Assembly: GCF_006345805.1 (NCBI RefSeq)
Contig: NW_021835846.1
Span: 1-37,336, forward strand
Reading direction: 5' to 3'
Length of the DNA stretch: 37,336 bases
Source of the DNA: Octopus sinensis
Taxonomy: Eukaryota
The notes below the pieces were generated by a model. It had not been told where the DNA came from. It was given only the letters and a program-made list of their open reading frames with translations, and ran no database searches. Positions 1-10,994 of the stretch are shown piece after piece. The stretch's first letter is position 1. Each line of letters begins with the position of its first letter. A program made the position numbers and the translations under genes.

Positions 1-1590
1 GGAAAGTCAGCTTCGGCGTATGCGGACGACATCACCATCATCGTTTCCCGAGTCGAGCACCTACAGTGGGTGGGTGAGGCCTTAAGGGACTACGAACGGT
101 GGCAGGAGCGAAAGTCAACCGGGATAAATCGGTCGGCTTGCAACTCGGCACCTGGAGGGGCAAGTCGATGTCTTCCGACAGCGTTGTAGGACGTTGGACG
201 GAAGGACCGGTGAAAATGCTTGGGATCTGGTTAGGTCCAGATCTCCAGATAGAGAAGAACTGGAGCGAGGTGGCGCGAGAAAGGTGGCTCTCCTAACTCA
301 GACATGGTCTGAGCGGAAGCTGTCCTTGAAAGGGAGGGCGGAGGTTGCAGAAGTGTTATCGCCTCTGTAATCACTTACCGCCTAACCATAGTGCCTTTCC
401 CCGATTCGTAGCTGAACAAACTGGAACGCATGATCTTTCGCTTTTTGTGGAGGGGCAGCAGACCTCTTGTAAGGCGCTCTATTGCTGCCAAAAGCCGCTG
501 AAGGGTGGGTTAGGGATGCCGTGGCTAAAATGCGCAGACATGCGCTCAGGCTTAGGCACCTCTGGATTTACCTGGACGGTGAGCAGGTGTGGTCTCCGTT
601 TGTCAAGCTGTTATTTCCACAGTTCACATCGTTTAACGAACTGAACCCATGGATCAAGTGTAGACCGAGGTTGGGCATGTGGCATGCAGAGTGCTATCAG
701 GCACTCGTGCTTCTCTCCCAGTCGGGCAACGCCGGTGGCGGGGGTACTACCTCGTTCTTCTATAGAGGGTTAGTAGAGTTTAAGTGTGACGACGTCCTAG
801 GAGAAACTCTGGGCTTCGACGAAAATCAACTGGCCAGCCTGTTCCAAAGAACATTCGGTCCGGGGCCTATGGATAATTACCAAAAGTCCCTGGCCTGGCA
901 ATGTTACAAAGGAGCTTTACCGGTTCGAGATAAGCTCTTTAGACCTGGGTGTGCACCTTCGCCGGTTTGTGCAAGATGTAAGAGGGACAGTGAAACTGTC
1001 CTGCACGCAATTGTGCAATGCCCGAAGGTGACTGAACTCTGGGCTTATGTCGAACACCTGCTGTCGCATTCGAGAAGAGTACAACTGTCGAGCGAACCTG
1101 TAATTAAGATCGGTCCGCCGACCTTCCTGAATAGGGAGGAGCGAGCCTGGTTTATTTCGGTAGTTGCTATGGCGAAAGAAGTAGTGTGGAGGACGAGAGT
1201 AAAAGGAATTGCAACAAGCATGTTTATCTCCAGTCTCGAGCTAATCGACTTTTTCGTTTTCCACATGAAACGGAAAATAAGGCTGGAGAAGAAATGCCTG
1301 TCGCAAAGTGTGTTTCGTAATAGATGGAAGTCTATAGCAAGTATGTTGCGAGTGAAAGAACCTGTTTAATCGAGAATGTAGAAAAGGAGAAATCGAGAAA
1401 TCGAAGTTTCAGTGTATGTGGTTTGTGGGGTCAACCGTGTCCTCCGCTATTTTTTTGTTATTCACTCATTCTCATTTAATTGTATATATTTTAATTGTTT
1501 GTTATTCATACGTTTCGTCTCATTCGAAACCCTGACTCCAACGTTTGTTTGTCTCCTCTTTTTCTCAACCTTATGGTGAATAAAGAAATA
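1..1590 (+). mobile_element. 3' part of an L1/Tx1-clade non-LTR retrotransposon (RT C-terminus, zf-RVT zinc knuckle, 3' UTR); frameshifted
   Basis: Frame 1 reads GKSASAYADDITIIV (YADD at 19-30), followed by AKVNRDKS..LG and GPVKMLGIWLG (99-296). ORF 482-1369 contains WQCYKGALPVRDKL..C..C..ETVLHAIVQCP, a typical L1/Tx1 zinc knuckle. AATAAA at 1579-1584 ends a T-rich 3' UTR. The 5' part runs off the window. Confidence 0.9.
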
Positions 1591-1816
1591 TTCTCTCTCT
1601 TCTCTGTCATAAATCCTTTCATTCTTTATACGGTGGAATGGAAGTGAAAATTGAGTAGAAGAAAGAGAGAAGAATAAATTACACAGAGAAAGAAAAGGAG
1701 GAAGTGAAAGTAGAAGAGTCTGAACGGACATACAACATTGAAATGCTTTCAGCTTATTTATCTACATAACCTAATTGGTTAGACGATAATAGAACGACAG
1801 TAGTAGTGAGGGTAAA

Positions 1817-1837
1817 AGAGAGAGAGAGAGAGAGAGA
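1817..1837. repeat. (GA)n microsatellite
   Basis: Direct reading of the AG dinucleotide run. Confidence 0.9.
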
Positions 1838-2211
1838 TAAGTAGACAACAAAACAATTGGTTGACCTAAAAGTTGTTGATGGCTATGTAAGCAAAGTAAA
1901 AATATATTCTAATCTTCAAAACGGGCTTGGTTTAAGTTTTACATCCGCGTTTACACTATATAATGTAAATGTAAGGATATCATTGTCGTCGGTAAGTAAA
2001 TATTGTTTAATATTCATCTAAAGCTTGAATACAAGAAAACATAACTTGCTTTGTAATTTCAACTGCCCAACTACAGAAGTTTAAGTTCATATTCGGTTTA
2101 AATTTGGAGGTTTTATGTCTATTTAAGCGCCTCACAAAAAGCAGAGTAGCTTATGTAAACATGCACGCATAAAATGTGTAGACACACTGGTAAATTTTTA
2201 CTGTTATCCGA

Positions 2212-2213
2212 TA

Positions 2214-2246
<33 letters not shown>

Positions 2247-2331
2247 CATAATATTTACATGTATATGCGTGCATACATATATATTCTCTCTATACATTCA
2301 CATAACACAGTATGTATATATATGTATGTGT

Positions 2332-2360
<29 letters not shown>
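2212..2360. repeat. Compound (TA)n microsatellite region
   Basis: Two TA runs with interrupted TA/TG/CA sequence between them. Confidence 0.9.
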
Positions 2361-2365
<5 letters not shown>

Positions 2366-2642
2366 AATATTAGGGAATGAATCCAAAATTACAGGGAAAA
2401 ATCAGATTTAGGGTTAAATCCAATTTTATAGTAAAATATTATATAATATAATTCGAGACAAAACCACTATTTTAAAACCAAACAAGGAAAGACTTAATCA
2501 ATACATAAAATTTTAATATAAATTAAATAAACCGCCACTACAATTGTTTCATATCTACTACCGACAATCTTCAGGTGGATTTTCGATCTTCTAATCAGTA
2601 TCAAAATTTGATACTGATTAGAAGATCGAAAATCCACCTGAA
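2361..2642 (-). mobile_element. Short non-coding PLE pseudo-LTR-like element with hammerhead motif and a perfect 5' fold-back
   Basis: The minus strand carries an HHR motif (2535-2578) and an AT-rich tail ending in (TA)n. A perfect palindrome spans 2570-2642 (36-bp arms, 1-nt centre at 2606). Confidence 0.6.
2535..2578 (-). ncRNA. Minimal type-I hammerhead ribozyme motif
   Basis: Minus strand: ccac-CUGAAGA-uugucgguaguagauau-GAAA-CAAUUG-UA-gugg. Stem I ccac/gugg is 4 bp, stem III is the palindrome ACAAUUGU, and the triplet is GUA. Stem II is weak (U.U at the 10.1/11.1 position, then 4 pairs). Confidence 0.7.
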
Positions 2643-3291
2643 AAATTGATATCTTTTAATGAAATGTTATAAATATACTTCAGATGGTGCAGATTCTAGT
2701 GATATCGGCATTAGTTATAGGAAAAAATTTCCTGAAGGTGGGGAAGAGGTTCCGAAAATTTACAAAAGTCTGTTTTGTTTTTCTCATACCTTTCAGGAAA
2801 CTGGGCATTTTTTCCCTTTTTTAATGAAATTTTCTATAAACACCATTCAGATAGTGTAGATTATGTTTGTATTGGAATTTAATATGTAAAAGAAAGTAAA
2901 AAAAGATATGGGCTTGCTCCCATTTATAATGACAAACAATTCTTATTGAACTTTCGAGTTTCATTTTGTGGTTTATATCAGTGTGTATTTGTGCGAGATC
3001 GCCAATTACTCTTTCATTTTAAATACGATACAATCTTAACATACACTGTTTGAAAGATATTTATAGAAAATTTCCTCAATGAAAATCTATTTTACTGAAA
3101 GTTAGGTAGAAACAAAGCCAACTCGTATAAATTTTCCGAAACTGGTCTCCCGACACTCGGAAAAACTTTTTCGCAACAAGTTTCGATATAATCGAAGTCC
3201 ACACTTCTGAATTCCAATTGTAAAGCATTTCATTCGAAAAAGTAAGTTATGAGGAAACAAATCGGTGGTGGGGCACACTTGTGTAGGTACA

Positions 3292-3294
<3 letters not shown>

Positions 3295-3341
<47 letters not shown>
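3295..3341. repeat. (TA)n microsatellite
   Basis: Direct reading. Confidence 0.95.
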
Positions 3342-3344
<3 letters not shown>

Positions 3345-3420
3345 CTGTTTACATCCGCCTAAAAGTTATAAATCGTGTTTGTGTGTGCATGCATATGTAC
3401 ATTAGAGATACTGTGCTACG

Positions 3421-3495
3421 ATGCGTATACAGTCTTCAGACGGATGTGTGTGACACACATACAGACACATATCCGTCTCAAGTCTGTATATGCAT
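3421..3495 (+). other. 75-nt imperfect hairpin (31-bp stem, 13-nt loop)
   Basis: 3421-3451 pairs with 3465-3495, with two G.U wobbles on the plus strand and two 1x1 mismatches (U.U, C.C). Confidence 0.8.
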
Positions 3496-3599
3496 ACGTT
3501 AGCTCAGTGACGCCATTAGACACTCATCCACTGACCAGGAACTAAATTTGCTTGGGGTGTGCAAAGCAAAGTCCAAAAGTTTCTACGAACAAGATAGAC

Positions 3600-4622
3600 T
3601 TTTCATTCTTAATACCAAAACAGAAGTATAATAATAATGTTTTTATTATGGGGGTCGACTGAATAGGACCTGTGTGCTGGAGCATTCTCCTGATGAAACA
3701 CGGCCCTCTTCATCAGTCTTCCTGGCGTTTGGTCTTAGTAGCCTTTCGTAACTGCCTTAGCAAGTTGGCATAGCACTCTCCATTGAAAGTGTGACCCTTA
3801 TGAAGACAGTCAATAAGCACAATGTCTTTTATATTCCAAAAAATCGGGGCCATAACTTCTCTGTAGATGAAACAACCTTGTCCTTCTGTGGAGCAGGTGA
3901 AGAGAGGTGTTTCTTTCCACTGCATGGATTGCTTCTTTGTCTCTGGCTCAATGTGATGAACCCAAAAACATCCTGGGTTAGGAAACAATCAAGGAAACGT
4001 GCTGGATCCACCTCAATGTCAGATGTTCTCGTGATCAACCTGGAGCATTTTTGATCGGGTGTCAGAACATGTGAGACCCAGCGAGCAGAAACCTTCATCA
4101 TGCTATGTTCATTTTGCAGAATATCTCAACTCTCTCACAGGATATACTAATAGCACTGGGTATTTAATTTATAGTCAATCACCTATCATTCATCATTATG
4201 TGATGAACACAATATCTTCCGTGGTGGCAGCAGCAGCTGCAGGACATCCAAGCCATGATTTTTCTGAAGACTATCTCTTCCCTTGCTAAATTTAGCTGCC
4301 ACTTTTGTACTGACAACAAGGCAGGAGTGTCAACCCTTAATGTATCATGTCTAGATGAATAACATCGGCATGAATGTCCTTGAGTGCCAAAACCTTTCCC
4401 TGTAGGTACTTGATTACAGCACGATGCCAAATTTTGTCTGTTTTCAAGAGAAGTTGCTAACAATTATTTTTGAAGTTTTCTCCGGACAGTCAGATATCAT
4501 TATATCTGGAAAGAAACAATGCATTTATTAAATAGGAGAATTGAAATTAATGCAAGCAAGATTTCACAGCTCTTTCATCACTCTTTTATAGACAGCCTAT
4601 GAAATTTTCATCCTACATTCGT
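3600..4622 (-). mobile_element. Degenerate mariner (Tc1/mariner DD34D) transposon
   Basis: Minus-strand ORFs give MKVSARWVSHVLTPDQK (WVPHxL motif), FLDCFLTQD, WVHHIEPETKKQSMQWK and YYANLLRQLRKA-like text. An HQDNAPAH-like remnant lies at about 3675-3705, and a TIR-like end 'tacgaatgtaggatgaaaatttcataggctg' at about 4593-4622 on the minus strand. Multiple frameshifts; left boundary approximate. Confidence 0.85.
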
Positions 4623-5769
4623 ACACATGGAAAAGTGTCTCAAAGCATTCCAAAAACTTTTCTGCATGCACTCATTTTAGCAAAGACACTTTCTACGAGG
4701 ATGTGCAATGCATTTTTATTATGCATTATGGCACTATGTGCTAGAGGGTGCTGTGTGATTGTGGTACAGAGCTAGTTCTTCAAATGGTGAATGTGTTGGA
4801 TGTTTGCTCATTTGATGCTACAGACACAGGTGAAGACAGAATAAGCTGTTAGCATCAGCACTTGTAGCATACTAGAATGAAAAACAACATCAGAAGCTCT
4901 CCGTTTTTCTACAATGTCACGTTGAGAATACTGACAGATTTTAGGATTCCTGGTTACGTATGTTGAAGCTGTAAAGTTTAATTAGTATTTGGTGGGGTGG
5001 GGGTTTTGATAATGGTGGTGGTATGTGTACTTTGACATTGGCTGATACTGCTTGTACGAATTGTGCATCTTGAAACAGATGTGTTAATAGATTTTACTTT
5101 ATTTACAGTTTGTAGATTTATGATAGTGCTGTGAGGTATACATTCAGATTGAGCTGGAGTTTTTTCTTTGGTAATTTTAAAGTTTATTGAAAATTTTAAA
5201 ATTTGGTGTATTGATGCAATTCTCCACACTGAATCTCAGGGGCTAATTCACTTTTTCCAGAAATTAAAAAAAAAAAAAGTTACCGAAGTTTAAAGTTTCA
5301 TAATTTTTATCCAGTCATAAAACAGAATTTGGAAGCTATAATTTTGTATGTTCCAGCACGTGATGTCAACTGTAAACAAATGAAATATTGACGAAATTCT
5401 GCTTTATGCACACCATATAACCCCTCATAAATTTTTTATATTTCGGAATTTTCAGAAAATTTTTGTGAATTTGTATTCTACACACAGGAATTCATACACT
5501 TATGCAAAAATGGAAATGCATTAGGAAATGTCTGAGGGATTGTTTACAAAGTATGATTTATTATGAAAGGAAAATTGTTTTAATATCTCTTATACAATTC
5601 CAAAATGCATGGCTTTCATGCCGGCTTTCTTGTAGACTAATTGAAACCAGAATGGTGTTGGTCTACACATGATGTGATATTTGTCTTTAACTCTCCTTAC
5701 CAAATAGTGCTAAATTTTCTATGTTCATTATGTGATCCACTCCAGAATGATAGCTATACATCATTGTAA

Positions 5770-5930
5770 TCATCTTGACTGGCTCCAGTGAGTTGCAGGG
5801 CTGCATCATGCTCCGTTTCAGCTTTGAGATCATTTCTCTGGCAGGATACCCCCTTTCTAACTCTAACCACTTTACAGTCTGTACTGCATGCTTTTTCATG
5901 CCACTGGCAATTTTGAAGTTGCTAAGTAAT
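5770..5930 (-). repeat. Old, diverged copy of the RTE/SINE 3' tail repeat
   Basis: Minus strand 'ggcatgaaaaagcatgcagtacagactgtaaagtggttagagttagaaagggggtatcctgcc' aligns with the tail at 20627-20700 and 24640-24720 ('ggcacgtaaaaagcacccactacactc..gagtggttggcgttaggaagggcatccagc'). Confidence 0.6.
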
Positions 5931-6239
5931 TTGCAAGACAAAAAAAACAAGAAAGGAGAAGAAGAAAAACAGCCCTGTGTGACTTTATACCAGGAACAAG
6001 CCACCCCACATTTAGATAAGGGTGAGTGACAGATGGTTGTGATGAGGTGCTAGAGCAAAACCTTCCAAGAGAAAGAGATAATATGGGTAGTGGATCAGGA
6101 GGGAAGGAAGAGATGGTTAGAGATGGGTGTAGAAGGGAATGTAGGGAATGATGTGGAGAGGAGGTGTGGCTTAAGTGGAAATAGCATTATGGAGTGGGGT
6201 GTAAGTTGAGAGAGAAAGAAGTGACTCAGTGCTAATGGA

Positions 6240-7250
6240 TCAGAATGTAGAGGATGATGAACAAGGCACAGGAGCAGTGGGAAGAGGGATGTAGAGATAC
6301 ATAAGGGTGGCTATAGTGAGTGGGTGTGGTGCGAGAATGAGAGCAAGTATGAAGGGTGTTAAGGTAAAATATGGCAGAGAAGAGCTGGGGAACGGATGCT
6401 TGTTGAAAGAGATAATAATTAGAAGGAAGGATGGAAACTGAGGGAAGGCCATAATTGGTAACACATAGTGTTAGGGGATGTAATAGTGTCAAGGAGGGAT
6501 TGATGTTGGGGAGCTGAGATGTGGGGATGTTTGACAGGGCCCAGCACAAGCAAGCATAACCAAGGTGATCTTAGGACCTTATATTTGCTGTGATGGATGG
6601 GTCTTATCAAGTATAATGAATCGCCAATCATTCAGTTCTTTGTCTTCCTGGGTCACCCTTTTCAACAAGTTCCATCCACTTTAAATGACCAGCATTTCTT
6701 TATGCAACTGTTCTCATCCATATACATCACATAACCAAACCAGTGCAGTCTTCACTTTTACATGCTGCATTTGATTCTTTGTATGCCAGTTTGCTGTACA
6801 TGAAACCTGACATTGCACATCCATTGGAGCATACTAGTTTCATTCCTCTCTAGTCTTTGCATGTCCTCTATATTCAGAGTCCACATCTCACCACATCATG
6901 ATAGTGTTGATGATGGGTGCTGGTGAGGAGCGTTGTGTTGGAGATGTAAGGGCAAGTGCGGCAGCAGGGTAATGAGCTGGGTTGGGAGGTTGAGTTAGGG
7001 AAGAAGCTGTGGACCAAGAGGTCTTGTAGGTTGTGGGCTCATTTGAAGGAGGGGAGGGGGTCAGTTAGGGAAGGTATGAGAAGTGGAGGGGTCAGACTGG
7101 AGTCACCGTAAGGCTCGGAGAATGGTGCGTTGGAGAGGTAGGGTGGTGGGGTGGTAGGTGAGGAGAAACGGGAGACAGGGGGGCGGGTGCAGGGGGAGAG
7201 AGCAGATGCATGGTCCACAGAATATGCTCTGGCAAGGGCAGTGTGGATAG
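6240..7250 (-). mobile_element. Ancient Penelope-like element remnant (Neptune-type linker/GIY-YIG region), split by an RTE insertion
   Basis: Minus strand 7052-6946 reads PSFK*AHNLQDLLVHS...PCCRTCPYISNTT, matching the PLE motif P..xRRxxNLxDxLVxS followed by CxxCxxC. Similar C-rich sequence resumes left of 6640. Heavily decayed; boundaries approximate. Confidence 0.5.
6640..6900 (-). mobile_element. RTE-clade LINE ORF 3' fragment
   Basis: Minus strand reads ETWTLNIEDMQRLERNETSMLQWMCNV...RLHWFGYVMYMDENSCIKKC...PRK, homologous to 14460-14720 and 25340-25640. Confidence 0.8.
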
Positions 7251-7653
7251 TGGTGAGGATATATATATATATAAATGTGTTTATCTATCTGCCTGTTTGT
7301 GTGTGTCAGTTTATCTGTTTCTCTATCTACCTACTTACACAAACCCACCACAAATCACAAAAAATATGCAGTATATTGATTATGTTATCCTGTACTCTCC
7401 AGAGATGGTTGGTATGGAAGAAAATTTGAAAAACAGTCACTACATTTTCTTAATTACCTGCCAACTTAGAAGAGTCAGGCTTACATAATCAGGCTTTTAC
7501 CTAACATCCTACTGAACCCCAGTGCAAAACCAATTTGTAAGATTGGCCACGATGGATGTATAATATTTCAAATTTACAGAAAACAAAAGAGGAAGACAGG
7601 TGAGGGAACAACAAGTAGATGTATGAATTCAACACTCAGGAAGAATGGAAAAG

Positions 7654-7692
7654 TCTTTGATGTTTCAAGCTCATGCTCTTTGACAGAAAAGA
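7654..7692 (-). ncRNA. Decayed hammerhead-like motif in a PLE pLTR-like repeat
   Basis: Minus strand: ucuuuu-CUGUCAAA-gagc auga gcuu-GAAA-CA-UC-aaaga. Stems I and II are in the expected geometry but the core is non-canonical; probably inactive. Confidence 0.35.
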
Positions 7693-7879
7693 TTGAGAGG
7701 AAGAAAATGGAGAGAGAAAAAATGTGTAGGGATATATAAACTATACACTGTGATTTGTGTGTGTGTGTGTCTGCTTGTCTTGACCTTGCACAATACTCAT
7801 GAATGTGTCAGCATCATACATTTGGTGTTGCTCATTTCCAATCATCCACAAAAACATGTCTTGTCATGCAGAAAACATA

Positions 7880-8005
7880 ACATTCTTGGAATCAAAGGAA
7901 GGTTGGGGAAAAGAGGGCCATCCAGTCAGAGAAAATCTGTCTCGGTGAATTCTTTCTCACTCATGTTAGTATAGAAATGTGGACATTAAAATGATGATGT
8001 TGATC
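7880..8005 (+). repeat. Diverged RTE/SINE 3' tail
   Basis: 'gggccatccagtcagagaaaatctg...catgttagtatagaaatgtggacattaaaatgatgatg' matches the tail motif catgctagcatggaaaacggacgttaaatgatgat seen at 20767-20800 and 27164-27197. Confidence 0.65.
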
Positions 8006-8538
8006 ATGAATTACTTCATATATTTGTAGACAATATTTATTTGTTGTATAACCTGGTTTGGCCTAAATTATCCTATTTTAACTCATTGTTCTGGCTTTCC
8101 AGCCAATTTGAAAGTCTGTCCCAGTTTTTAATAATCTTGAAATATTTATTTGTTACTATCTTTATTATTTGACAGAAAGGTGCAAGACATTGGTGCTAAT
8201 TAGTCTTACTAAACCCTAATGAAACACTTGTAGTAGGAACCCAGTTGAGACTCAAAATTATAATCTTGTACTTCATTCATATACATGGAAAAAGTCCAAA
8301 TATTTAGAATTGTTCCCTCAGTTTCAAAAAAGAAGGAAACAGATGACCATTGGAAAACCAGATTGTCCTGGAGAAGCTAACTAATGACTGAGATTCTTGT
8401 GTTGAGACAAACTATGACATGTTCAAGTATTTATAATTGTTAACATTGGGCCTTATATTACATGCATTTTCCATGAGAAAGCAAGAAACACTGCAAAGCT
8501 TGTTTCATTTAATTTGTCTTGCAAGTATCTCACCAAAA

Positions 8539-9480
8539 GTGGCTGCTAAAGAAGTTAATCTTGCTTTTCATTCTGTTTCGCATGACTTGAATTTCAAAAC
8601 ATCTGACTGCTTATGAAAGATGATCTTCACACATTTTAGCCAAAGTTGCAGCTAGTCCTGACAAAATGGGAACTTGTAAATTTTTATGCAAAATTTGGAA
8701 GTGCTGCTACATTGGCATTAAATGAAGCTGAGGTGTACATATTGTGTACAACTTCATGCCAATTAATATCAAATAACTCATGAAAATATTAAAATATTTT
8801 CTAATATACACAGGTCATTTAATGTCTCTAAAAGAATTTTGTGACTTCGCCAGTGTGGGATACAAAAACATAATACAACATGGTAATATATCAGCAGTTG
8901 AAATAATTCTTCACGTTTGTTCTAGCAGAATTCTGCTGAGACTGGCAAAACAGGAAGATATGTTTTTAGTTTGAATATGGATAGCTCAATTTTTTCAAGA
9001 AACTGGAGTACAATACTAAGTAGCAGGAGAAAAAACTATGAATTTGTACCTCAAAACGGAAAGGTTTTGCAGAGAAACCAGGACAAAAAATTAGGAAAAG
9101 CATTGGAAAAGTGAAGAAAGAGTGTAAAAGGTTTTATGAAAGATGTCTCCCATACCTAACCTATGGAAAGAGAACTTTAAACCAGCAGAAGACTGTTGTG
9201 GTTAGATATTTTGGCCAATTGTTCAACAGTCTACAGTTAAAATCAAAGGATTGAAAAGCAAGTAGTAAACATTGGTCAGTTATTTGATGTGGCTGTTATT
9301 GCAAAGCCTTTGAGCTTCTAAAGCAGAAGTTTGGACAACACAAAACTTTACGCATGTAAAATAGTGGCCAAATTATTTGCTCATTGCTAAGAGAAAATCT
9401 TAGTGCTGTAGTATTCATTCACTATTTACATAGTACTTTTGCACCAGTGCATATGTGGTCAGAAAAGAGGTGCAAGTTAA
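8539..9480 (+). pseudogene. Probable ancient hAT-type transposase remnant
   Basis: 8539-8625 reads VAAKEVNLAFHSVSHDLNFKTSDCL*KMI, resembling the AAxExxxAFHxVxHxxSFxSxDCxSKL segment of invertebrate hAT-like transposases. A CT..A...GQKRG-like segment lies near 9440-9480. Recognition is from memory; heavily decayed. Confidence 0.4.
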
Positions 9481-10100
9481 AGAGAGTGGTTTTCTAATTA
9501 CTAAAATAAACACTCACCTAAGCTGCTCAGATATTTTTGATAAAATTTAAAATATCAAATTTCTTATGAAAATATTTCCAAAAGAACAGTATGAAAGTAC
9601 TTGGCAGTTGAATAAGATGTCACTTGTCAATAGAAACAGATAATTGTATACACTTATTCTATCAGGTAAAGAAATAACTGCTTTGTACATCTGATTCCTA
9701 TCCCTTTGTCTCAGACCCAGCTGTTAAACCGTCTAAGTGAGAAAGATCAATCATACATCTTACCAGTTCACATGTATCACTTGCGTACTTGCTAGGAATT
9801 GCCTTCATGTAAGAACAAAATAGGCAGTTATGTTAATACATTTGCAGAGAAAAGTCCTCCAGATGGCCCACTCTTCTTTAACACTCATCCCATATGCTGT
9901 AACTCTTCATCATGCATGGTATTTCCACTGTCCCAAGTTTCAGTTCCTATAATCCTGGTTTCAATCTAAAAAATATAGTGATTCTACACTCACACACACT
10001 TGCACACACAAACATATATAGTTTAAAGAAAATAAACGTTAAAAAGGTCAACACAGGAAGAAAGAAAGTTCGATAACTATGTTATTGGTTTAATGCTTGT

Positions 10101-10110
10101 ATATATATGA

Positions 10111-10171
<61 letters not shown>
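10101..10171. repeat. (TA)n microsatellite flanking the Penelope-like element
   Basis: Direct reading. Confidence 0.95.
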
Positions 10172-10172
<1 letters not shown>

Positions 10173-10226
10173 ACATTATTGGTGAATTGAAGAAATGGAG
10201 CTGAACGCAGATTGAACAGAAATCGT

Positions 10227-10322
10227 TTTATTTCATTCTACACGTGTTTCGAAAGGCACAAATTACCAAAATCCGATTGAATAATGGGACCATATTGTGT
10301 CTTTCTCTTCAGGAAGAAAAAA
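10227..10322 (-). ncRNA. Type-I hammerhead ribozyme motif (copy in the inverted pLTR)
   Basis: Reverse complement of 12835-12930. TCTTCAG at 10306-10312; GUA triplet at 10241-10239. Confidence 0.8.
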
Positions 10323-10994
10323 GGAAATCCGTGGAAAAACAAAACAGAACAGAGGCAGAGCAAAAAACAAATCGAACTGTGCTCCTAAGAGCCCATGGCG
10401 AAACTGTTTATCAGTGTATGTTGAGAACGGTGGCTGAAGAATTCAACAGGTCAGGCATCGGTCAATCATGTGGGTGAGGGTGTATATATGTTCTTTGTGA
10501 CCGAGAATAAAGTTCTGACTATTTAAAGAATATTGGATGTTATAAGGGGGAGAAAAAAATCTACTTAGAGACGTGTGTGTGTGTATACTGTTCTATATAT
10601 GTGTGTGTTGGCGTAGGGGTAGAAAACATTTTTTGTGTACGTGTGTGCGTTTGATCGTTCGGCTGTCAGTGGCTACTGCCGTGATAACCGTTGGGTGGCA
10701 GAAAGAAAAAAAATAAAGAAATTATATATATATATTATGTTTTATGTGTGTGTGTGAGTGTTCATCTAAGCCTGCCTTGACAAGGAAACCCCCCGCTGTG
10801 AAAAAACAAGCCCCGTTTGTCTTACAGGAGTAATTTCCCTTGCAGTGGTTAATTGTAGATATCTTAAAATCTATTTCAGAATTTGTTACCAAGGGCTATG
10901 GGTGCTGGTCTTATTTATAAACGCTATTTAAAGGCCAGATAAGTGTAACGCCGCCAATGGGGGCATCGAAAAGCCGACTGTAAGAGCCCTTCCG

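Noticed and set aside
1960-1998. Consensus donor G|GTAAGT at 1991/1992 suggesting a first non-coding exon
   Set aside because: No supported acceptor, start or promoter evidence; a lone donor match is expected by chance.
3690-3702. CTGATGA immediately followed by AAC (hammerhead-like)
   Set aside because: No stem II or stem I, and it lies in the antisense of the mariner HQDNAPAH-like coding region.
4978-5229. Minus-strand Ser/Thr-rich 83-aa ORF
   Set aside because: No recognisable domain or convincing splice sites; consistent with compositional bias.
5687-6004. Minus-strand 105-aa ORF with plausible acceptor and GTAAGG donor, looking like an exon
   Set aside because: Its core aligns to the RTE/SINE 3' tail repeat found elsewhere in the window, so it is most simply a decayed repeat.
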